Positions 25,180-32,000 of a stretch of 32,000 bases of DNA are shown here, piece after piece (the stretch's first letter is position 1; the number at the start of each line of letters is the position of its first letter). This DNA is from Pseudomonadota bacterium (lineage in GTDB: Bacteria > Pseudomonadota > Gammaproteobacteria > Pseudomonadales > Oceanobacteraceae), in the NCBI GenBank assembly GCA_030145845.1, contig JAIXHJ010000003.1:92426-124425 (forward strand), written 5' to 3'. A model generated the notes under the pieces. It had not been told where the DNA came from. It searched no databases and saw nothing but the letters and a program-made list of their open reading frames with translations. The position numbers were made by a program, and so were the translations under genes.

Positions 25180-28100
25180 ATGGTGAAGAAGACCCTTCTC
25201 AGTCTGGCCATCGCAGCCACCGCAGCGGGCCTTGCCGGCTGTAATATCAGTAGCGTTGAAAAGTACAACGACGATGTCGATCAGACAGCTGTCAACTCCG
25301 GCTTGCCTGGCGCGACCCCTGGCCGGGTTGCACCGGTATTTTCTGCGGGTAATAAAGACCTGCCACTGATTACCGACTTTATCTTCAGCGAGGCGGCGGC
25401 GACGGATGGAACTGCAAGTGTTGATGACACAACACCTCCGGTCACGACCGCGATGAATTCCATTGAAGGTGCATCCGTTGTTGCACCTATTGATATTGAA
25501 TTCAATGCTCCGCTGGACGCTGAATCACTGAACCAGCCTCTGGCGGTAAACCTGATTAAGTTGCGTAATTATCAGGATGACCCTGATATCGACGCGCTTG
25601 ATATTGACACTATTGTTGCTAACTCTGATGTTGAAAATGGTATCCCGCAGGTCGTTGCGGATGACCAGCCTGTAGCTGGTGTAGATTACACGGTTTCTTT
25701 CCTGAACCTTGATAGTGGTGACACACCAACATTACGTATCAATCTTATCAACCCATTGGATGCACGTTCCAAATACATCGTTGCCCTGACGTCTAATCTG
25801 AAAGCTGAAAATGGGGAGAATGCAGGTCCATCGGCAGAATATGAGCTTCTTTCCGGCAGCCTTGAACTTCCATCTGATGCGCTGGAACCTGTGCGTACAG
25901 CGATTCAGGGATGGGAGCAGATTGCTGAGGGATATCTGACTCAGGTTGCTGCGCTGTACAGCATTGCTAAACCGGATGTCATTCTGAGTTATGCCTTTAC
26001 GACCGGTGGTACCAATGAAGTCCTCAAAAGTATCGCGGCACCGAAACTGTATGTGATGGCCCTGGCTTCCCGGCCTGATACGGCGAAATCATTGTATCTG
26101 GCAGTGCTGAGCTCTTTAAATGGTGGAGATCTGACTGCTGTTCAGACTGCCTATATCACGAATATTATTGTGCCGGCAGCTACCGCTGAAAGTATTACTC
26201 TGAGCGGGACTCCGACAGCAGAAGAAATTGCTGCTGTTGAAGTGACTGATACCTATAAAACGATGATTGTCACTGCAGCCAGCAGCTCTGCGGTTATTGA
26301 TGCTGTTGCTGCGACTTTGTATACACCTTCCAGTCAGACTTATAAGCCTATTATGAAACCTGCCAGTCTTGGCGGTGACGTCGTGGCGCTTTCTCCCAGC
26401 AATATCCCGGCGTTTACCGGAACCGCTTTTTCTGCCGATACCCTGACTCACTATGTTCAGGGGCAGCTTCAGCTTCCTGTGGGGCTGACCTCTCCGGCTT
26501 TAACAAATACTCAGGCTCTTGCTTCCGGTGATCCGGCGACTATCGCCGGAGCTGTTAAGCTAAGCATGGCTTCTGATAGCGTCTGGAGCGCGTACTCTGT
26601 TAATGGTGGGTTGACACCTCCATCAGATAATAAAATTTTTGATCCTGCGACGGGTACCCTGACCAGTGAAGGCGTGACTGTTGTGTCAACCGATGAGGAT
26701 GGTAGTCCGGAAGAATACAGTGGTGGCATGACCAATGTAACCTATCGTTATCCGCTGGCGGACTTAAGTGAAACAGAATATGCGCCGGTGATGGTGACTC
26801 TTCCTGGCGGTGATTATACATTCGGTGGAGCAAACCCGGATACGACCGCTCAGGATTGTTCAGCTTATTCAAAATATCCGGTTCTGTTGTACGTTCATGG
26901 CATCACATCAGACCGTACATCCAGTCTTGCAATAGGTGCGGCAGCTGCATCCAAAGGGTGTTTTGCAACTGTTGCTCTGGATCTCCCTCTTCATGGTGTG
27001 GCTCCTCTGGTCTCCGATCGTGATGGGACTTCCGAGCTGAATGGCGCCATGGCGTTCAATGTTGAGCAGGCAACAGATCTGTCGTCTTTAACTGTCGGTA
27101 GCGCCGAGTACATCACAGCTTTTTCTGAGGCCCCTTATGCCAATGCGGCCGCTATTGATGGCTCGTTTGACCTGCAGGAGCGTCACTTCAATATCGGAGC
27201 CGAACCGGCCAGCAGTGCCCGGGTAAGTATGGTATATGGTGATTCAGCGGCGACTTCACTTGGTAAGTCCGGCGATCTGTTTATCAACTTAGCCAATATG
27301 GGGCGGCTGCGGGACAACATGCGTGAAGCAGTTGTTGATCAGATGCACTTACTGGCTTCCCTGGCAGATATGGATGTTGATGGCGACGGCGTTGCTGATC
27401 TCGATGCTGATAATGTCTATGTCGCCGGTATTTCTCTGGGGGCTATTGTCGCTTCGTCTTTGGTTGCAACCGTTAATGATCCTCAGGTTCAGGCGGTCAA
27501 TGGTCTGGATAATGGTGGTACGCTTCCATTGATTAAAGGCGTTGTGTTGTCCAGTCCTGGTGGTTCTCTGCCGAAAATGCTGGAAAACTCTCCTGCTTTC
27601 TCCACTAAGGTTCTGGCAGGTCTGAATCTGGCTCAGGACAGTTCAGCACTGCAGAAGTATGAAGCAATGTTGCAGACTGCGCTGAACAGTGTTGATCCGA
27701 TTAATTTCGCGTCTGCCATGAGTCAGCAGAATACGCCGGTGCTGATGTTCAGTATGGTTGGTGGCGGTGATTGCCCTGCTTTTGACATTGCTACTGCCGC
27801 CTGTTCGGACGGTTCTCAACGCTTACCATCGGATCTTACTCTGGCCTTCCAGGGGAAATATCCGGCAGATCATGTGGTTCCTAATTACGACTACTTCAAA
27901 GCTGCTGACAGTAATCCGTTTACAAATGTTATGCCTGGCCTGACTTATGAGTTAGGTGATCTGGGGGCAAAAACTGAAATTGCTTTGACGGAAATGACTT
28001 CTTCTGCGATGCCTCTGGCTGGTACCGCCCCTCTGGCAGAACAAATGGGTCTGAAACCAGTTGTCGGGGATAATATCGCTAGTGTATCCGGTAATAAATA

Positions 28101-28263
28101 TGTGCTGCAGTTTGATAAAGGTACACATTCGACCTTTGCAGCTGCTGATGACACTGCTGTGTTTACTACCATGATGGCCCAGATGCTGACATTCTTCTCT
28201 GGAGGTACTGCTAATGGTCTTAACCCATTAACAACCGATGGCATTAAACCTGCTGCAGAATAA
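25180..28263 (+). CDS. VolA/Pla-1-like lipase/phospholipase family lipoprotein
   Basis: Starts MVKKTLLSLAIAATAAGLAGC (lipobox LAGC); N-terminal 'virulence factor lipase'-type region FNAPLDAESLNQPLAVNLIKL...; alpha/beta hydrolase region VLLYVHGITSDRTSS and nucleophile elbow VYVAGISLGAIVASSLV. Start at ATG 25180. Confidence 0.87.
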   Translation: MVKKTLLSLAIAATAAGLAGCNISSVEKYNDDVDQTAVNSGLPGATPGRVAPVFSAGNKDLPLITDFIFSEAAATDGTASVDDTTPPVTTAMNSIEGASVVAPIDIEFNAPLDAESLNQPLAVNLIKLRNYQDDPDIDALDIDTIVANSDVENGIPQVVADDQPVAGVDYTVSFLNLDSGDTPTLRINLINPLDARSKYIVALTSNLKAENGENAGPSAEYELLSGSLELPSDALEPVRTAIQGWEQIAEGYLTQVAALYSIAKPDVILSYAFTTGGTNEVLKSIAAPKLYVMALASRPDTAKSLYLAVLSSLNGGDLTAVQTAYITNIIVPAATAESITLSGTPTAEEIAAVEVTDTYKTMIVTAASSSAVIDAVAATLYTPSSQTYKPIMKPASLGGDVVALSPSNIPAFTGTAFSADTLTHYVQGQLQLPVGLTSPALTNTQALASGDPATIAGAVKLSMASDSVWSAYSVNGGLTPPSDNKIFDPATGTLTSEGVTVVSTDEDGSPEEYSGGMTNVTYRYPLADLSETEYAPVMVTLPGGDYTFGGANPDTTAQDCSAYSKYPVLLYVHGITSDRTSSLAIGAAAASKGCFATVALDLPLHGVAPLVSDRDGTSELNGAMAFNVEQATDLSSLTVGSAEYITAFSEAPYANAAAIDGSFDLQERHFNIGAEPASSARVSMVYGDSAATSLGKSGDLFINLANMGRLRDNMREAVVDQMHLLASLADMDVDGDGVADLDADNVYVAGISLGAIVASSLVATVNDPQVQAVNGLDNGGTLPLIKGVVLSSPGGSLPKMLENSPAFSTKVLAGLNLAQDSSALQKYEAMLQTALNSVDPINFASAMSQQNTPVLMFSMVGGGDCPAFDIATAACSDGSQRLPSDLTLAFQGKYPADHVVPNYDYFKAADSNPFTNVMPGLTYELGDLGAKTEIALTEMTSSAMPLAGTAPLAEQMGLKPVVGDNIASVSGNKYVLQFDKGTHSTFAAADDTAVFTTMMAQMLTFFSGGTANGLNPLTTDGIKPAAE

Positions 28264-28283
28264 GATTGGGGCGGAGAATAAAT

Positions 28284-30179
28284 ATGAAAATAACAAATAT
28301 GGGTTTGCGCTCAATGAAAAAATTACCTTTATCTCTGGCTGTATCTGCTCTGGCTGCGTCTTCAGTGCAGGCCGTCGAGTTTAATTTCGGAGACCTCAGT
28401 GCCCAGTTCGATAATACCGTCAGTTATGGTGTCGCATGGCGTACCTCTGACCGTGATAAAGGCCAGATCATGCCGGGTAATGGGGCGGCCATTGGCGAAA
28501 CAACTTATGGCTCTTCTTACAACTATGACGACGGTACTCTGAACTACAGCAAAGGTGATATTTACACCAATGTTGTTAAATGGAGTGGGGATCTGGAGCT
28601 GAATTATCAGAATTATGGCGGTTTCTTCCGTGCCCGCGCTTACTATGATACGGCAATTATGGATGAAGATACTGACTTCAAACCACTGAGTGACGGTACC
28701 AAAGATGCTGCTGGCAAAGGTGCTGAACTGCTGGATGCTTATGTCTGGGCTGACTATGAAATTGGCTATACGCCAATCAACGTCCGTGTTGGTCGCCAGG
28801 TGGTAAGCTGGGGCGAAAGTACCTTTATTCAGGGTGGCATTAACAGCATTAACCCGGTGGATGCTTCTGCATTCCGTAAACCCGGAGCTGAAGTTAAGGA
28901 AGGTCTGCTGCCGGTTAATATGGTGTATACCTCAATCGGTCTGTCCACGGATTTAACACTGGAAGCTTTTTATCAGCTGCAATGGGAAAAAACCCGTACT
29001 GATCCATGTGGTACATTCTTTTCCACCGTTGATTTTGTCGCGGATGACTGTAGCCCGGTAATCCTGGGTGGAACGGCAGATGAGCGCGATATGCTTGCTT
29101 TCCGTGATGCGGAAATTGAAGCGGGCGTTCCGTTGTCTGATCGTGTTTCTCCGGTGACCGAACGTCTGCCGGATGATCAGCCGAAAGATTCCGGTCAGTA
29201 TGGTCTGGCTTTGCGCTGGTATTCAGAAGCACTGGGGGATACAGAATTCGGTCTGTACTACATGAATATCCACAGTCGTCTGCCATATATTAATGGTGCG
29301 GTGACCAATTACGATACGCTGGGTACTATCACCGGTACCGTCGGTGATCAGGTTAATGCCGATGCAACATACGATACTTACCGCCCTCTGTATCAGATTG
29401 CTTATCCTGAAGACATTCAGATCATGGGTATCAGTTTTGCGACCAGTACCGAAGATGGTGCATCCATTTCCGGTGAAATCAGTTACCGCCCGGATATGCC
29501 GGTGCAGTGGAACGCTTTTGAGCTGATTCTGGCCGGAACCGGTACGCCGTGGAGCCGTCTGTATCAGGCGCGTGCTGCTGAAGCCGATGATATTACCGAT
29601 CTTTATGGTGAGCTCACTAAAGGTTATGACGAACTTGATATCTGGCAGGCGCAGATGACGTATATCAAATTCTTTGACCGGGTCCTGGGGGCCGACCGCC
29701 TGGCTGTGGTGGGTGAAATCGGTATGACTTACGTAAACGACCTGCCGAGTACGGATGAAGCACGTTATGGCCGTTCCGGTGCTTATGGTATCGGTAATAA
29801 TGGTGGCGTATATGATTCCGTGAACCACTGTGCGGCCAGCGGTGATGCAACGGCAAACGTAAATACCGACTACTGTACCAATGACGGTTATACCACTGAG
29901 CTTTCCGGCGGTATCCGTGTGCGCAGTATTCTGGATTTCAATAACGCCTTTGCCGGTATTAACGTCAGCCCGATGCTGTCTGTTGCCTATGATAAAGGGA
30001 ATGGTCCGGAGCCGGGTGCGCAGTTTATTGATGATCGTCTGACCGTGGGTCTGGGGGTAACCTTTGTTTATCTGAACAAGACATCGGTGGATGTGACTTA
30101 CACCAACTTCTCCGGTGGCGACTACAATCAGATGGTTGACCGCGACAACATCGCCTTGTCTGCGAAATATTCGTTCTGA
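28284..30179 (+). CDS. DUF1302 family outer-membrane-associated protein
   Basis: Signal peptide; VEFNFGDLSAQFDNTVSYGVAWRT...NYDDGTLNYSKGDIYTNVVKWSGDLELNYQNYGGFFRARAYYD...GRQVVSWGESTFIQGGINSINPVDASAFRKPGAEVKEGLLPVNMVYTSIGL. RBS GCGGAG; ATG 28284. Confidence 0.93.
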   Translation: MKITNMGLRSMKKLPLSLAVSALAASSVQAVEFNFGDLSAQFDNTVSYGVAWRTSDRDKGQIMPGNGAAIGETTYGSSYNYDDGTLNYSKGDIYTNVVKWSGDLELNYQNYGGFFRARAYYDTAIMDEDTDFKPLSDGTKDAAGKGAELLDAYVWADYEIGYTPINVRVGRQVVSWGESTFIQGGINSINPVDASAFRKPGAEVKEGLLPVNMVYTSIGLSTDLTLEAFYQLQWEKTRTDPCGTFFSTVDFVADDCSPVILGGTADERDMLAFRDAEIEAGVPLSDRVSPVTERLPDDQPKDSGQYGLALRWYSEALGDTEFGLYYMNIHSRLPYINGAVTNYDTLGTITGTVGDQVNADATYDTYRPLYQIAYPEDIQIMGISFATSTEDGASISGEISYRPDMPVQWNAFELILAGTGTPWSRLYQARAAEADDITDLYGELTKGYDELDIWQAQMTYIKFFDRVLGADRLAVVGEIGMTYVNDLPSTDEARYGRSGAYGIGNNGGVYDSVNHCAASGDATANVNTDYCTNDGYTTELSGGIRVRSILDFNNAFAGINVSPMLSVAYDKGNGPEPGAQFIDDRLTVGLGVTFVYLNKTSVDVTYTNFSGGDYNQMVDRDNIALSAKYSF

Positions 30180-30218
30180 GTTATTGGCTGATATAAGAAT
30201 TACAGAGGTCTATGAAGC

Positions 30219-31580
30219 ATGTTGAATAAACACAGTAAATTCTGGGGCAGCGCGCTGGCGCTGTCCCTGATGATCGGTACAGCAGATGCTGCTGTGTCTG
30301 AGGCAGAAGCTGCAAAACTTGGCAAAGAACTGACCCCGGTTGGTGCTGAAATGGCAGGCAGTGGAGCTATCCCTGCCTGGACCGGCGGTCTGACCAAACC
30401 ACCGGCAGGCTATGTCGCGGGTGGTAAACCGGTTGACCCGTTTCCGGATGACAAAGTTAAGTTTGAGATTACGGCCAGGAATTATAAGCAGTATGCGGCA
30501 AATCTGACGGATGGTCAGAAAGCGATGTTTGAGAAATATCCGGACACCTACAAGATGCCGGTATATGAAACACGCCGTACCGCTGCCTATCCGCAGTTTA
30601 TTTATGATGAAACCAAAAAGAATGCGACCACAACCAAACTGCTTGAGGGCGGTAATGGCCTGACTAACTATTCAGAAGGCACGCCGTTCCCTATTCCGCA
30701 GAGTGGTGTTGAGGCCATCTGGAATCACATTGTGCGTTACCGTGGTGGCAGTGTCCGCCGTATTGTTGGTCAGGTGACACCACAGGTTAACGGTGATTTT
30801 ACTCTGGTCCGTTTCCAGGATGAGTTCACCTTCCGGAATAAACTGAAGGATTATAACCCTGAGCAGGATCAGAACGTGCTGTTCTACTTTAAGCAGGATG
30901 TTCTGTCTCCGGCGCGTCTGGCCGGTAACGTACTGCTGGTACATGAAACACTGGATCAGGTAAAAGAGCCGCGCAAAGCATGGGTATATAATGCCGGTCA
31001 GCGCCGTGTCCGCCGTGCGCCTCAGGTTTCTTATGATGGTCCGGGAACCGCGTCAGATGGTCTGCGTACCTCGGATAACCTGGATATGTATAACGGTGCC
31101 CCGGATCGCTATGACTGGAAACTGCTCGGTAAACAGGAAATTTATATCCCCTATAATTCCTATAAACTGAAAGATCCGAAGCTGAAGTACACTGACATCA
31201 TCAAGCCGGGACATATCAACCAGGATCTGGCCCGCTATGAACTGCACCGTGTATGGAAAGTCGAGGCAACCCTGAAAGAAGGTAAGCGTCACATCTATGC
31301 CAAGCGGGTATTCTATATTGATGAAGATACCTGGCAGGCAGCTGAGATTGATCATTACGATGGCCGTGGTGAACTGTGGCGTGTGGCTGAAGCCTACAGC
31401 CTGATGTACTACGAGCAGCTGGTTCCGTGGTACGCCCTCGAAACCCTGTACGATCTGAACTCCGGACGTTATCTGGCTCTGGGTCTGGATAATGAAGAAG
31501 AAGGTTCTTACGTGTTTGGCTTTGAACGTACTTCTGCGGATTACACACCGGCCGCTCTGCGCCGCAGTGGTGTCCGTTAA
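30219..31580 (+). CDS. DUF1329 family protein (LolB-like fold)
   Basis: Signal peptide then AKLGKELTPVGAEMAGSG-AIPAWTGGL...YKMPVYETRRTAAYP...GTPFPIPQSGVEAIWNHIVRYRGG...RRAPQVSYD...DNLDMYNGAPDRYDWKLLGKQEIYIPYNSYKL. Confidence 0.93.
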   Translation: MLNKHSKFWGSALALSLMIGTADAAVSEAEAAKLGKELTPVGAEMAGSGAIPAWTGGLTKPPAGYVAGGKPVDPFPDDKVKFEITARNYKQYAANLTDGQKAMFEKYPDTYKMPVYETRRTAAYPQFIYDETKKNATTTKLLEGGNGLTNYSEGTPFPIPQSGVEAIWNHIVRYRGGSVRRIVGQVTPQVNGDFTLVRFQDEFTFRNKLKDYNPEQDQNVLFYFKQDVLSPARLAGNVLLVHETLDQVKEPRKAWVYNAGQRRVRRAPQVSYDGPGTASDGLRTSDNLDMYNGAPDRYDWKLLGKQEIYIPYNSYKLKDPKLKYTDIIKPGHINQDLARYELHRVWKVEATLKEGKRHIYAKRVFYIDEDTWQAAEIDHYDGRGELWRVAEAYSLMYYEQLVPWYALETLYDLNSGRYLALGLDNEEEGSYVFGFERTSADYTPAALRRSGVR

Positions 31581-31599
31581 TATTCATACGGATACAGAA

Positions 31600-31630
31600 T
31601 AAAAAAAGGGGCCATCAGGCCCCTTTTTTA
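31600..31630. terminator. Rho-independent terminator after the DUF1329 gene
   Basis: TAAAAAAAGGGGCC-ATCA-GGCCCCTTTTTTA. Confidence 0.9.
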
Positions 31631-31644
31631 TGTCATTCTGCTGA

Positions 31645-32000
31645 TCAGAAATTAAACACCAGACTGGCCTGATACACGGATGATGCGTCTTTGTTAATAA
31701 ACTCTGCGCGGACGTCCACTTCTTTGCTCAGATGAAAACCACCACCGGCACCGAGCAGGATGCCATCATCATCGCCGAAGTCGAGGCCGATACGGGCAAG
31801 GGCGAACAGATTAGGGTTGATTTCCGGCAGGTTTTTTTCCACGACGCCGGCGACCCACAGGCCGTTAATATCATTGTCGCCACCACGGTAAAAATCATCC
31901 GTATCTGAATAGCCGAGTTCGGCAGTGGTTTTTACGCCACGCATATCGTTAGCAAATTCATAACCGGCAAAAACGGAAAAGCCGAGTGCATCTTCACTGC
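31645..32000 (-). CDS. Outer-membrane beta-barrel protein, C-terminal part (gene runs off the window)
   Basis: The reading frame stays open upstream of the track ATG at 31944 to the window edge (SEDALGFSVFAGYEFANDMRGVKTTAELGYSDTDDFYRGG...); alternating strands, terminal aromatic ...YQASLVFNF typical of Bam substrates. Confidence 0.75.
   Translation of the reverse strand, partial: SEDALGFSVFAGYEFANDMRGVKTTAELGYSDTDDFYRGGDNDINGLWVAGVVEKNLPEINPNLFALARIGLDFGDDDGILLGAGGGFHLSKEVDVRAEFINKDASSVYQASLVFNF

Noticed and set aside
1-32000. CRISPR arrays, transposases, integrases, tRNA/rRNA genes, toxin-antitoxin or anti-phage modules
   Set aside because: Looked for and not found. Gene content is housekeeping, envelope and metabolic, with normal intergenic terminators, so no mobile or defence island is claimed.

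Overview
This window is an ordinary-looking chromosomal segment from a marine-type gammaproteobacterium (taxonomy inferred from gene content). I saw no mobile elements, CRISPR arrays or RNA genes. Gene content in order: hemolysin III family membrane protein (-); GIY-YIG protein (+); ceramidase-family lipoprotein (+); type II secretion genes gspN-gspC-gspD (+); Maf nucleotide pyrophosphatase (-); Fe/Mn superoxide dismutase (-); a coupled pair of unknowns (coiled-coil membrane protein plus a degenerate acyl-CoA-dehydrogenase-like protein); two tandem small secreted paralogues sharing a YNRSTS...PR.LN.EM motif (-); a lipoprotein (+); class I fumarase (+); PCD/DCoH-like dehydratase (+); PhoX-like (DUF839) lipoprotein and diheme CxxCH lipoprotein (+); PpnN and a CBS-domain protein (-); ammonium transporter plus an unknown downstream gene (+); PurU-like deformylase (+); thiolase (-); a VolA/Pla-1-like lipase lipoprotein, DUF1302 and DUF1329 gene run (+); and a partial outer-membrane beta-barrel gene (-) at the right edge. 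The strongest less obvious signals are: (1) a near-perfect NtrC-type site plus a perfect sigma-54 -24/-12 element ahead of amt and an uncharacterised co-transcribed gene; (2) an 11-nt-phased Pho-box-like array ahead of the PhoX-like/diheme lipoprotein pair; (3) a candidate surface lipid-processing locus; (4) the tandem YNRSTS paralogue family.
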